A stretch of DNA of 64,000 nt from Epithemia pelagica (GCA_946965045.2 OX337241.1:434001-498000); one strand, 5' to 3'; shown: positions 45,892 to 58,422, counted from the first letter of the stretch. Numbers and translations are program-made. Notes: generated from the letters alone by a model not told the origin.

Positions 45892-47936
45892 TCACTTGCG
45901 TGAATATTGCTCCTGCAGTTGTAGTTGTTCTGGTTGTTGTTGTTGTTGTTGTTGCAATTCTTGTGGCGGGTCTTGTGCATCGGCTGCTGCTGGTTGCGAA
46001 ACTGTTTCGTATTGCCATTGCTGATTGACCACCTGACGTTGCTGTTTGCGAAGCTCTCGTGGAGAAATTGGCGGTTGTGGTGCTGGTGGATCCAGAAAAC
46101 CATTGTTGTAGTTGTATGCATCGGGTGGTGGTTCCATCCTTGTGTTCAACTCCCGAAATTGTGGTTGCCATTCTTGACGGGGTTGTTGTTGTTGTTGCTC
46201 CTGTAGTGGTTGTTGTAGTGGTTGTTGTTCCTGGGAGAGTTGATTGAGAGCTTGACGTAGCTGTTTGCGACTTTCGCGGGGAGTCATTGGTGGCAACGTT
46301 GGAGAAGGATCCAGCAAATCATTGTTGTACACATCTTGTTCGATACTTCCGATAGAAGGATCGACGGAAGCTCCTAAGGGAACTTGTGGTTGCACAGTTT
46401 GGGACTCTGGTTGGATTGGTTGCGGCGGAAACTGCCTTTGCTGGTTCAGAGCTTGACGTTGTTGTTTGCGAATTTCTCGGGGCGTTGTTGGTGTTGGCCG
46501 AGTTGGGTCGAGCAAACCATTGTTCGACGACGACCACAGGTCTGCTGGCTGCTGGATCGTGCCGAGACGTACATCTTGAGGTTGTGGTGCTTGTCCTTGC
46601 GGTTGTTGCTGCGATGAATACTGCAATTGTTGGTTGAGAGCATCACGTTGTTGCTTACGAATCTCTCGAGGAGCTACTTGTTGTTGTTCTTGTTGTTGCG
46701 TCGTCGGATCTACCTGCCAGCGCTTGTCCTTGTCCACTGGTTGCGGCAAACGCATGGCAGCAGCCCGTAGCTCTTGTTCCAGAACCACATCATTCTCTTC
46801 TTCATCTTCTTCTTCTTGTTGCTGCTGTAGCAGATACTGCAACTGTTGGTTAATCGCCTGTCGTCGCTGTTTGCGCAACTCGCGCGGTGTCAAGGGTCGC
46901 TGCGGGCTGGGGTCCAACAACCCATTCTTGTACACGTCTTGCTCGATACTCGTACGGCGGCGGGGAGGACTGGCGGCGGCAGGCGCTGACCTGGGTGGCG
47001 GCACCTTATTGGACACTGGTTGTGGTTGTCCTTGTGGCGCATACTGCAATTGTCGGTTCCGTGTCTGACGCTCTTGTTTGCGAATCTCTCGCGGAGACAT
47101 GCTATTGGGCACGGCAATGTCGAGCAAACTAGGGTCATACAATTCTTCTTCGTCTCGTGGTTGTTCACCGTGTTCCTCCTCCTCTGGTGGCGCCGTTTCG
47201 GGCACAGTCTTGGATAATGCTTCTGGTGGTTGCTGTTGCTGTTGAAGCCGTTGTTGCCACTGCAATTCCTGATTGAGAATCCGACGTTCTTGTTTGCGCA
47301 ATTCTCGAGGCGTGGGCGGCGCAATCTCGAGCAAACTATTGTTGTACATCTCTTGTTCCAGGCTCGTCGATGGTGCGACGGCCGGAGCTTGACGTGGCAC
47401 GTCTTGTTGCTGTGATTGTTGCTGCCGTTGTTGCCATGTCAATTCTTGATTGGCAATTTGACGCTCGAGTTTGCGCATCTCCCGAAGTGTGGGTGGGGTC
47501 ATTTCGAGCAAACTATGATTGTGGTAGACTGTTCCAATTGCTTNNNNNNNNNNNNNNNNNNNNNNNNNNNNNNNNNNNNNNNNNNNNNNNNNNNNNNNNN
47601 NNNNNNNNNNNNNNNNNNNNNNNNNNNNNNNNNNNNNNNNNNNNNNNNNNNNNNNNNNNNNNNNNNNNNNNNNNNNNNNNNNNNNNNNNNNNNNNNNNNN
47701 NNNNNNNNNNNNNNNNNNNNNNNNNNNNNNNNNNNNNNNNNNNCGGTTGTTGTTGTTGTTGTTGTCGTCATCATCATGGTAGTCTCGTGCTTCTGGTTCG
47801 TGCCAAAGAGCTGGGTCCGGGAACCAGCCACAACAAAAGGCCGAGACACTGGAACTCCCACAGAAAAGGCATGACAACCACACCCGCACAACATGGCAAA
47901 CCAACAATAGACCCCTACTAGCAGCAGACCCACCAT
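45892..47936 (-). CDS. Putatively plastid-targeted Q/P-rich protein with eight LLD..PRExRKQ..LNQQLQ repeats; spans an assembly gap
   Basis: Leader MVGLLLVGVYCWFAMLCGCGCHA-FSV...RTQLFG upstream of the gap and a long open frame downstream. Frame continuity across the Ns cannot be verified. Confidence 0.65.
47544..47742. other. Assembly gap (199 N)
   Basis: Run of N flanked by a (ttg)n microsatellite. Confidence 1.
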
Positions 47937-48557
47937 TTTTCGAACAATCCAATGTCGGGTGGTGGTCCCCCTAGTACTCCTCTGGTTCCGCCGCTCCATA
48001 GTTTCGAGTGTCCAGTCCATGTAGGGAATTGAGGGTGGCTTTTGTTCTCCCCTATGATGAATGAACCAGACTGTATGCATTCAACGTACTCTCTCGTACT
48101 CCTTTTATTGGTCGTCTTCCAGTCTTTTTCCCAATTCGTTTTTTCCAAAGACGTACGCAACAGAGACGTCTATGTTTATGTTGGGTTTGTTGTGGTTGCC
48201 AACGCATTTCTCCCCAAACGACACGACGCCATCTGCACTCGCCTCCTCCCGAAACGACACGGACTGTCTGCTCGTGATGTTGATGTTGTGTGATTGGTGA
48301 TTGGCGATTGCTGTTTGAATGTTGTGAATGTCTTTGTGTGGCAGCCGAATTCTCATCTACTCTCGTCGTCGTGTTACTTTTCAATTTTCAATAGAGAATT
48401 CTTAGAGCCACGTCAATGACCACGTTTCGCACGTCAGACCATCGAGTCGCGGAAAAGATGAGTGACTCTGTGAATCGCGGATAATGTCCGTGACATACGA
48501 CGGACGCACCTCTATCTCTCTCATCTCCGCACCAAAGGACAATCCGAGAGAGGGACC

Positions 48558-50713
48558 ATGGCATCGGCCGTTCCTCCGGACGACGAAGAGGACGGTTCCA
48601 ACCATTCCATCACGTTTGTTGCTGGTGGTGACAATAAGGAGGAGGAGGTGAGCACAAAGCCTGTCTCGGGGAGGACTTTGTCCGCCGCAGGGACCACAAC
48701 CACAACAACGACTCCCCAAGACCCAAAGGAGGACAATGAGACCAGCACAACTACAACCACCACAAGAACAACCACTCCCTGGCCATGGTTGTCTCTCCCG
48801 GATTGGATTCACCATCATGCCTCACAAAGTCTGTTGGACAACAATAACGGCAACCACCAGTTTCCTCCCACAACGACCACCACCCCAAAGAATAGCACTA
48901 CTTCTACAAGTACTACTACGACAACTCCATCGACCACCGCATCATTGGTATTGCACTTGCTCGATGTTCGTTCGCCAGCTGACTATCACGCCCGTCATTT
49001 GGACTGCAGTAGTACTCGGATCCTTCACAAGCAGCCGCAAAATCAAGACCACTCTTCCTCCCAAATCACCACTACAACGACTCTGACCATCAATGTCGTG
49101 GCCATTCCCTGGTCCGAATTGCCGGAACGACGCTTTGAATTGCCACCCCGACAACGGTCCTTTGCCATTGTGGTATCGCCATCCTGCTCCCATTGCGTGT
49201 CCACACTACAACAAACACTGTTGCCCTCGTGGGAACCCATTCCACCATCACAATCACAACCACAACATTCCAAGCGTGTCAAGATTGACAATCACAATCA
49301 CCACAACCACAAGAACAAGAAGAGACAACCAGTACCGCAACAAAAACCCTGGAAAATTGTCGGACTCTTGAATGGAGACGATCCACAGTTCTGGCGGGAC
49401 GCCCAATCCATGGGCCTGTCCGTCGTTCTCCACAACACTACGAATACGAATACGAATGCTTCTTCATCTTCTTCCTTGTCCAGTCCTCCCTGGTGGCGGC
49501 CACGGTTGTGGGAACCCGATTCCATGGTCCAACACGTCTTGTGGCCTCACATTCTCCCAAAGCTACAACGACGAAACCACAACATTACCAACCACCAACA
49601 GCCGCAGGGAACCGTCGTGGTTTGGGATTTGGGAGCCGGAGCCGGACGAGACACTTGTTATTTGGCCGAACAATTTCTGCAAGTCGTTCGACAGCAGCAC
49701 GACGACGACGACGACGACGAACCACCAATTCTGGACACTCCTCCCGACGACTCGCATGGATTTCACCTTCATGCCGTGGATCAACGGTATCGATCCATCC
49801 TGGACCGAAACAACCACAAGAGCAACAGTAACCAACCGAACAACCCGAACCACACGAACCACACGACTTGCGATTGCGCTCGATTGTGTCAGTTGCGTGG
49901 CGTGGGATCATACGTGTCGTGTCACTGCCTCGACGTGACGGATCCAGCCGCTCTCCGCACCTTGGTTCAGGATACACTCATTATGACTACGACGACCCAA
50001 CGACGTTCGCGCATCGACTGTGTGGTCGTGTACGCCGTGCGATTTTGGAATGCCCAACTGGTCCAAGACTTTGTCGTTTCCGAATTGCCCCAGTTGGTAC
50101 GGCAGCAGGCAGCCACCAAAACGGCTGGAAGTACCACACTGGGATCATCCTGCTCCCTTCCACCCACCATTGTCTTTGCCATGAGTCAGTTTGGCAAAGC
50201 GTCTCCCACGGCCGACTGGAACTTTGCCCATCCCAAGGTACGTGATCCTATGGTTCTTGTCGTTTACCTGCCCGTGTGCGACACGTATATATCTCTGATA
50301 GAAATGAGTGGTATTGCTACTCCCTAAATTCCGGGGTCCAACAAAGTGTTTCTCTTTCTTTCTCGAACTTTTTCTCATGCCTTTTGTCTATACTGTGTCT
50401 GCGTTTTGGTGTTTTTTTTTGTTTTGGTGTGTTTCAGGAAAAGCATGTGTTGGAACGGACGCAATTGGCCGATATGTTTCTTCATTCGTCCAGCACAACC
50501 ACGTCGTCCTCTCTGCATGGTCAATGGACGATTCATTGCGATCAAGTCGTGCCCGATGGCGATCATGGTCGAACCCTCATTCAATTCCTGGCCGAATTCA
50601 TTTACGATAATTCCACGAATACAACGACGACCAAGACAACGGCGATACCCCCGGAGCATGATCCTGGATCCACAAGGCAGTTGGACAAGAACAAGAACAA
50701 CCAACCTGCCTAA
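48558..50713 (+). CDS. Rhodanese-like + class I SAM-dependent methyltransferase fusion; intron 50238-50437
   Basis: LLDVRSPADYHARHL...IPWSELPERRFELPP (rhodanese-like); VWDLGAGAGRDTCYLA (SAM motif I). AAG|GTACGT donor and TTTCAG acceptor join HPK to EKHVLER in phase 0. Confidence 0.8.
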
Positions 50714-51716
50714 CGGTTGAGCTTCAATGAGTATAAAAATAGGGTCGACAATATGATGTACGAATGGATACAAAAATATCCTTTACGACCATGGTTTCGG
50801 CGGAACTGACATTGAGGAGCAGCTTGTTTTCAGGCATGAGCAATTGAACGAGCAATGCTCCGACAGAAAGTAGTGTGGTGGAGGTTTCCTGACTCGTTGT
50901 CGTCGTCAATGCCACGGGAAAGAGGTATGCCAGGAGGATGAAAGATGACGGCCTCCTTAATATTTTGTGGCTGCGTTGGTAGGACGGGAGGTTGTGGTCT
51001 GGCAACGACAAGACTCGATTCCTTGTTGTCGTTCTGGTCCATTGCGACAACTGGCACGATCCTGGATCCGACAATCGTACCACTTCCAACGACGAGGCGA
51101 CATTGTCCTCCTCGGCTGTTCTCCGTTGTTGGTGGTTGGACAGCCGCCCTTTTTTTTTCATGGTCGTCGTCCTCCTCTTCATTGGGCCATTCCGGCTTGA
51201 CATTACATGTCAAGTGCAACAACCTAGTGTGATTCGCATGCACCAGCAGCTAGAGAAAGGCATTGCAATTGGAGCGCGGTGACTCCTCCGAAAGGGACAA
51301 ACTGTTCTTGGTCATCTCATCATCGGACCTTTGGATCCACCCGTTTCGTCCTGTTGTCGGATGCATGAAACACGAGACCATATGAGCCAAGAACCAAAAC
51401 CAAATCGAGAAAAGTTGGACAAAACTCCTCCTGTTTTGGAATGCACCACTGTCGGTTCTTGCCCTAGCTGCCACAGTTGCTAGGTAATCCATATCCGACG
51501 ACTATGTGTAAAGTGCCATCATACTACCACCCCGAAGCATCAGTTTTTCTTCTCACGACCGCAGACACACTGTCCCACAAAACCGCCAGGTCATGGCCGA
51601 GGCGTAGTACTAATACCTGTAGAGACATACACAAGTCAGATCGTTCCTTCCACACCTTTGACCACAAACAAGCACCTTCTATCTTGCAACATGTTCTTTC
51701 TACTTTTGAGTAACAA

Positions 51717-52800
51717 CTACTTACTAGTATGTAGAAAACAAGTCAACCACTCGAGAAATAAAAGGCAAGGTTTCATCATTCCCTCCATCATTTTGGCATG
51801 TATTGGGCCTTGCTCGTTGACAAGCTCAAGTCTAGAAGAAAAGGGTGACATATCATCAGTATCATGGATACCCATACCTTCAATAAGAGAATGATACCAT
51901 CCGCTCGATTGCGTGAGTCGACGAAAACACCACGAATTCTTATCCATGAGTGGTACGGTCGCACAGGTAGGATTGTCACAGCCACTGATCACGGCAACTT
52001 GATTGGTCACAGTCACCATACTGCAGAAATAGCGGTAATTTCCAAAGGATGGGAGATTCCAAACGCGGTTGCGGTGCGTATCCAAGACTTGCACGGTTCG
52101 ACGGCTTCCTCCGGCGACAGTAAGACAAGATCCCACGGCAACCATTGCACAATAAGCTCGAGGGTTGGGAAGCACCAAATCAGAATGAGTGATCCAACTG
52201 GACGAGAAGGAAATGACTGTAGATATAGTATCGATTTCTCTCTCCTCTGCAAAGTCCACGTACTCCACCGAGTCAAGAGCATGGCCATGCTCGTTACTAC
52301 GACCTCCAACGACAAAGATGCGGTGACCAATAACTGCACTGGCACACCATTGTCGTGGAACAGTCATGCTTGGTCCCGCAGTGACAGTGTGGTTCCTGAT
52401 ATCAATAATTTCCACCGACGACAAACAACACTCGTTGTATCCACCCATGACAATGATATATCGGTTGTGCACCGCCACAGCACAACATCTTGCCCTTCCC
52501 GTTGATAATCGACATGTCAATGTTGTCCAATGGTTCTTCTCTGAGCTGCTTAATGTCGAAGATGATTGTAGCAAATCATTGACATCAATACGTTCCAAAG
52601 AAACTGTAGTTCCTTCACTGAATCCTCCCATCACGTAGACGCCGCCATTGCACACAACAGCGGCATGTCCATAACGTATCTTGTTCATGGGTGGCCCTTC
52701 TCGCCACTGCTTGTCTGGGTCTGCCAGATTCAATACTAGAACGGAATTGGTGACACAATAGTCTCCTTTCGATCCGCCCAACACAACGACCGTTTGTCTC

Positions 52801-52871
<71 letters not shown>

Positions 52872-53030
52872 GATGTTATCGTTCGTATCGGTATGATCCA
52901 GTACGACCGAAGCATGACCTATACGCCCTGCTCCCTCGAGAGGAGGCCAGTCTCTTTCGTTCCATTCTACTGTGTCATCTACAAGGACAAGGCCCGATTG
53001 CCGTGCTTGTTCTTGCAGTGTCATTGTCAT
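51717..53030 (-). CDS. Kelch-repeat protein with poly-Asn tract
   Basis: Repeated GG-containing kelch units (VVLGG, YVMGG, IVMGG, FVVGG, TVAGG) with W..PPM..R motifs; (aac)n at ~52799-52872. Confidence 0.9.
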
Positions 53031-53617
53031 GCTTATGGTTTACTTTAACTTTTCGGTGAACTGAACGCAACACGCAACGGATAGAGCGTGAAAAAACCTC
53101 TCGCTCTCTCGTTTTGTGATTTGTGATGGGTTTTGGACGTCTGTCGTCCGTACGCTATACCGTAGAGCGAGGTACGGGTCGCACATAACCTACGTGACAA
53201 GCCTCAGTATCTTTTCGTGATCGCAATCTTTTCTCAATACAAATATTGCGTCCTCTTGTTTGTGAGATGGTTGTGAGATTTCTTGCAGAATGACGAATAT
53301 AACTGCTGGTTGCATGCATTATTACGGTGATCAGGTAATGACAAGGCGGGTGATGAAGAGCATGATGGTGCGCCGCTGTACATGGATTGGGAGGAATAAG
53401 GACGACAGCAATCATCAATCCAAAAGGCCGGTTGGAATCGGCACCACTCGCCGGGCCGTGGAGGAACAAAGACCACTATAGTAGCCCAACTTCTGAGAAC
53501 TTGGTCCCACACCATCCGCGGAGCAACAAGACCATTTTTGGAACAAAGTCGTGAAATAGTTTGGAATGAAACTGAGCCCGGTGGAATATTGACAGGCATG
53601 GTTTTGTGTTCTTGTGT

Positions 53618-53990
53618 TCTGGTGGTTTTTGTTGTGTGTGTTTCAGGAAAAGCATGTTTTGGAACGGACGCAAATGGCCGACCTGTTTCTTCCATCGTCC
53701 TCGACAAGCACCAAACCTCTGCCCGATCAATGGACGATTCATCCGTGCCCGATGACGATCATGGTCGAACTCTCAGTCAATTCCTGGCCGAATTCACCTA
53801 CCATAGTTCTACAACTACAACGACAGCGATGCCCCAAGAGCATGATCCTGGACTCACAAGGATTCCTTTTGACAAGAACAAGAACAACAACCAACCTACC
53901 TGACGTGTTCTATACGGTTGAGATACAATGATGAGTATAAATAGGGTCTACAATATGATCTAAGAATGGATACAAAACATATCCTTTATG
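53618..53990 (+). pseudogene. Orphan duplicate of the last exon and 3' flank of the rhodanese-methyltransferase gene
   Basis: Similar to ~50406-50790, including the acceptor tttcag|gaaaagcatg; a ~10-bp deletion frameshifts it; no upstream exon is present. Confidence 0.85.
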
Positions 53991-54535
53991 AAGACAGGGG
54001 ACGACTTCCCGCATCATGGTCCTTGACAACCTTCTCGCTCTCCTCCGAGTGCCGCCGGCGGCCAATGAAAGACTTGAGAAAAGACCGTCTTGGACGAAAC
54101 GTCGGTATAATGCAAGACATTGGCATCGCGCGTCAAATCGTACTATTCCAAGGATCGATCGGGATCATTCAAATCCAACAATCCCGGATCCATACAGGGA
54201 TAGGAAAAGACGGTATGTCTCCACAGGGACTATAAGTACTTCGAGAAAAGGCCCTTGTGGTCGGCGCCTTCAACAAGACAAGAACAGTTGCGGGATTTTG
54301 AGGAATTGAAACACAAAATATTGAAGTCGAAGCCACAACAACAACAACAGCAGCAGTAGTAGGCAAAAAGCCCTACAATGCGAAACATCGAAAGCCTGCT
54401 ATAGATTCGTTGCAATAACGGACATCTTTAAAGATTCTGTGAAACGACCGAAACATGCCCTTTTTGCTATGGGTACGCATGTCCTCCTTATTTTTCTCAA
54501 CGATTGGATATTTTTTATTACGTTGCCAAAGCTGG

Positions 54536-55090
54536 CTAAGACTCATACGTACCACGAGCGGGATACTTGTGTTCCTTGGCATATGAGAGACCTCCGACCA
54601 ACTGCGCAATGTTGGGACGAGCAAGGGGTGCAGATTGCACTTGCGCCATAAAGACAGTATTGTCGGGTCGCATCACAAACAAACCTGGTTCGCTAAACAC
54701 GTCGGGTTCTGAGGATCCTTCAATCTTGCTCGACAGGTACAGGCCCCATGTACGAGCATCAGACTCGGTCAGACCATAGGCGATGCGAGTCTTGAATTGC
54801 GAGGAGTCTGGCAGATCCATGTTAGTGGCCACTTTGTCGACAGTGGCTTGAGCCTTTTCCTTGGGATCCATGGAGACTGCCACAAGATTGATGCCGGCGT
54901 GTGTCATGGTCTCAAAGTTTTCTTCGATTTCTTGTAGGTAGTTGATACAAATGGGACAATGAAGGCCACGATAAAAGACGACAATGGTAAAGCTATCTGG
55001 TTTTTCGTTGGAGAGATTGAATGTTTTTCCAGAAAGGGTGGAAAGATTCAAAGCAGGGGCTTGAGCATTGGTCTGAACGCGCGATGTCAT
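54536..55090 (-). CDS. Peroxiredoxin-like AhpC/TSA family protein, tandem copy 1 (C-terminal tail lost)
   Basis: Thioredoxin fold with VFYRGLHCPIC (CxxC) and FSEPGLF...SAPLARP; premature TAG, with the decayed tail still visible downstream. Confidence 0.88.
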   Translation of the reverse strand: MTSRVQTNAQAPALNLSTLSGKTFNLSNEKPDSFTIVVFYRGLHCPICINYLQEIEENFETMTHAGINLVAVSMDPKEKAQATVDKVATNMDLPDSSQFKTRIAYGLTESDARTWGLYLSSKIEGSSEPDVFSEPGLFVMRPDNTVFMAQVQSAPLARPNIAQLVGGLSYAKEHKYPARGTYES

Positions 55091-55646
55091 GTTGAAGAAT
55101 TCAAAGGTTTTGTTGGTGATTCGGGAGATTGTGGTTCTTTTCTGGTTGTGTTTTGATTTTATGAGACAAGATGGAAAGGCTCTTTGCCTTTTGTTGGGTG
55201 CAAGATCGCCGGAGCCATGTTCTGTCGATCTCGCTTGGGAAGGGTTTTTGTCGATCGGTAAGAGACTTTCATTTTGATTGTCGTGTACTGCATGGGTAAT
55301 TTTTCTTTTCCTGCGACTGAATACTCTGAATTGCTCGCGTTTCAGAGCAATGGTTGTAGACGCGACGATCGATTCGCTGAACTTGATTGAGTAACAATCG
55401 ATCTAATTCAACCAAAACTACAACAACGCATGACCAATCCGTGGGAAACGATACATGTTCAGTATCCATGATGTGCCACAGCTTTGAAGTATCAATATTT
55501 CTTCTTTCAAGAAGAGAGTCATGGGTGCGCGACTACATGAATTCTTTACCGCAAGAGATGCTCGTGATTTCAAGACAACCTTCACGTCAAGCCTCAAAAC
55601 TATGGGAAGATATTGTTTATCAAATTTCTGCTATATATTCGTCGCA

Positions 55647-56321
55647 CTAACGGACAGCTTTAAAGATCCTGTGAAAGGAACCAAACATGCCCTTCTTTGA
55701 CTGCTTGTGGATGTCCGCCTTATTTGTCCCAGTAGAAGGACTCTTTGATGACGTTGCCATTGCAGGTTTCGACTCGTATGTACCACGAGCAGGATACTTG
55801 TGTTCCTTGGCATACGAGAGACTTCCGACCAACTGCGCAATGTTGGGACGAGCAAAGGGTGCCGATTGTACTTGCGCCATAAAGACAGTATTGTCGGGTC
55901 GCATGACAAACAACCCTGGTTCACTAAACACGTCGGGTTCTGACGATCCTTCAATCTTGCTCGACAGGTACAGGCCCCATGCACAAGCATCGGACTCGGT
56001 CAGACCATAGGCGATGCGAGTCTTGAATTGTGAGGGATCTGACAGATCCATGTTATTGGAAACCTTGTCAACGGTTGCTTGAGCCTTTTCCTTGGGATCC
56101 ATGGAGACGGCCACGAGATTGATACCGGCGTTTGTCAAGGTATCAAAGTTTTCTTCGATTTCTTGTAGGTAGTTGATACAAATGGGACAATGAAGGCCAC
56201 GATAAAAGACGACAATGGTAAAGCTATCTGGTTTTTCGTTGGAGAGATTGAATGTTTTTCCAGAAAGAGTGGAAAGCTTCAAAGCAGGGGCTTGGGCATT
56301 GGTCTGAACGCGCGATGTCAT
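55647..56321 (-). CDS. Peroxiredoxin-like AhpC/TSA family protein, tandem copy 2
   Basis: Same YRGLHCPIC core plus a 40-aa basic tail; offset 1231 bp from copy 1. Confidence 0.9.
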   Translation of the reverse strand: MTSRVQTNAQAPALKLSTLSGKTFNLSNEKPDSFTIVVFYRGLHCPICINYLQEIEENFDTLTNAGINLVAVSMDPKEKAQATVDKVSNNMDLSDPSQFKTRIAYGLTESDACAWGLYLSSKIEGSSEPDVFSEPGLFVMRPDNTVFMAQVQSAPFARPNIAQLVGSLSYAKEHKYPARGTYESKPAMATSSKSPSTGTNKADIHKQSKKGMFGSFHRIFKAVR

Positions 56322-56805
56322 GTTGTGTTTGGATTCAAAGGTTTTGTTGCTGATACAGGAGATTTTGGTTTATGATTTTTGATTTTATGAGACATGGAGG
56401 CAAGGCCCTTTGCCTTGTCGAGTGCAAGATTGCCAGAGCTATGTTCTGCCTATTTAGCCTACGAAGGGTTTTCGTGGAAGGGGTATCAGACCGTTCGATT
56501 TGGGTCTTTGTCTCTTTTGGACTCGGGCCATTATGGTTGTCTGAACCAGCTGCTATACTGGAATTCGTTTGTTGTTCGTCGTGTTTTTCTGCGTCGGTGG
56601 TTTTGTCGTGGTGCGACTCGAAGACGGAATGGCTCGCGTGGGAAGGCGATCCATGCGGCTGTAGAGGCGACCAAAATGCGGTCGATGCTTCCGAACGCTG
56701 AACGCGCCCCATGGCAAAAGCAAACAATGGCACTCTGTAGAAATTAGTGTGCGCTCGTTCTCTAGCCCCGAACCTTGAGTTGACGCTGGTTTCACTACCT
56801 CTTTA

Positions 56806-58422
56806 CTAGGAAGGAGGAGAACGTTGTTGTTGTCGTCGTTGCTGTTGTCGAGCAATGGAGGCAAAAATGTAATAATCGGCCACGGCATGAGCGAGCATGG
56901 GAAACCACAACCGACACCCACCACGACTTGGGGTGGCGGTAGTGGTTGGTGGTGGTGATGATGATGATGATCCTTCCAGAGATGGTACCACCACAGTGAC
57001 ATAAGTCAAGAGGCCCATGATCCATCCATAGACCCAGGTGAGTCCGACACCGGTCCATCCACTGGGAATGCCATGATAATGCCACAAGCCAAAGACGGCA
57101 GCTTGCCACAGATTGGAGGCATTGGTACAAATATCCCACAGGGAGGAACCCACCAATCGTGGCTGTGACGACTCGGGAAACTGGAGAAGTAGCAACAAGA
57201 GGGATTGAAATTCGACGCGTTGCAATCCTCGTGATTCGACTTCTTCGCACACGGCATTGGCGACGGCCCACAGGGCCATTTGACAGTGTTCAGTAGGGGT
57301 CAAACGGCGTCCAACCGTTGATTGAACCATGCGCTGAACGCCGGCATGCGAAGGAGTCGTGGAAGGTTGTCGTTGCCGTTGTTGAAGAGTGGACCAGGTC
57401 CACAAGACGAGATTAACGACGGCACACAAGAGCAACAGGCCACCGAGCAGTTGCCACCATGTCACGACCACGAGTGGCACTGAATACAAAGAAGAATCCA
57501 TGGACGATGTAAAGGGTTCCTCCGCCTGATTCCACTCGAGTCCTGCAGTGGCAACACCATTGTGGTGGTTCCACCAATGAGGGCGACAATGATACAGAGC
57601 CAAGACCGAGGCGAGATCTATCGTATTTGTAGGAGGAGGATTGGAATCTCTTGAACGAATGAGATGATGGTGTGTGGCCACCACATTCCAAAGTACCAGT
57701 CCGACGACCACGTCCACCAATTTACTACAGCCTTTTCCGAGTGGACCGCCTTGAATCAGTGTCGACACGACGGATTGCAGAGTGGAGTGGAACCAAGACT
57801 TGTTGTGGTCCTTGTTGTCATGATGACGAAGACGACCCTGCTGTTGCGGTGACCCCAAACACCAGTTTTGAAAGTGTTGCAAGGCCTGAATCCAAAGGGA
57901 AACTATCCAGGGTGTCATCCACCGCCGCAGTATCATGACACTCACCACCACCATACTCCACCACGATGGGTCACTCCTATTCCTGGACCCACACGCTCCA
58001 CGGAGTACCACCAGACTGGCAACCCCCTTGACCAGGACACGGAAGGAACCATTGTCCAAGGGTACCAAGGACGACAACCACTCATTCCTTCCCATGCATC
58101 TTCTTATGAATGGCTTCTTTTCCTTGTCGTCGCTCCTCGCGTCTGTCGCATCATCGTCATGTGGTTGAGATTCAGGTGGTGACCGTGGCTTATTGCGACG
58201 AAGGAAGGTATCGGCCACGGTTAGAATCAACAGAGCGAAGAGACTGGACGAGCGCCACAACCCAACAAGAATGGACGACGACCAGGATTCAAAAACACCA
58301 GCAGAGACCATCCTGAACCATGCGTGCAAAGAACGACGACGGCAACGACACAGCAGCAAAAGAGAGCGAGAATTATTCGTCTTTGTGTGTTGTTCAAGAG
58401 CAAATCTGTCGTGCGCAAACAA
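56806..58422 (-). CDS. CPBP (Abi/Rce1-like) intramembrane glutamic protease
   Basis: NAVCEEVESRG (EExxxR), VFGLWH and LAHAVAD motifs in a multi-TM protein; start codon uncertain. Confidence 0.85.
   Translation of the reverse strand: MFAHDRFALEQHTKTNNSRSLLLLCRCRRRSLHAWFRMVSAGVFESWSSSILVGLWRSSSLFALLILTVADTFLRRNKPRSPPESQPHDDDATDARSDDKEKKPFIRRCMGRNEWLSSLVPLDNGSFRVLVKGVASLVVLRGACGSRNRSDPSWWSMVVVSVMILRRWMTPWIVSLWIQALQHFQNWCLGSPQQQGRLRHHDNKDHNKSWFHSTLQSVVSTLIQGGPLGKGCSKLVDVVVGLVLWNVVATHHHLIRSRDSNPPPTNTIDLASVLALYHCRPHWWNHHNGVATAGLEWNQAEEPFTSSMDSSLYSVPLVVVTWWQLLGGLLLLCAVVNLVLWTWSTLQQRQRQPSTTPSHAGVQRMVQSTVGRRLTPTEHCQMALWAVANAVCEEVESRGLQRVEFQSLLLLLLQFPESSQPRLVGSSLWDICTNASNLWQAAVFGLWHYHGIPSGWTGVGLTWVYGWIMGLLTYVTVVVPSLEGSSSSSPPPTTTATPSRGGCRLWFPMLAHAVADYYIFASIARQQQRRQQQRSPPS

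Noticed and set aside
41919-47324. Long plus-strand Leu/Val/Cys-rich ORFs (e.g. 41919-43583, 43345-44085)
   Set aside because: Antisense shadows of (CAA/CAG)n-rich minus-strand genes; poly-Cys and poly-Leu runs are microsatellite translations.
50724-51492. Minus-strand ORFs between the methyltransferase and kelch genes
   Set aside because: Short and overlapping, with no family motif I could support.
52799-52872. Poly-Asn tract in the kelch protein as a special feature
   Set aside because: Simple (AAC)n microsatellite of a kind common throughout this window.
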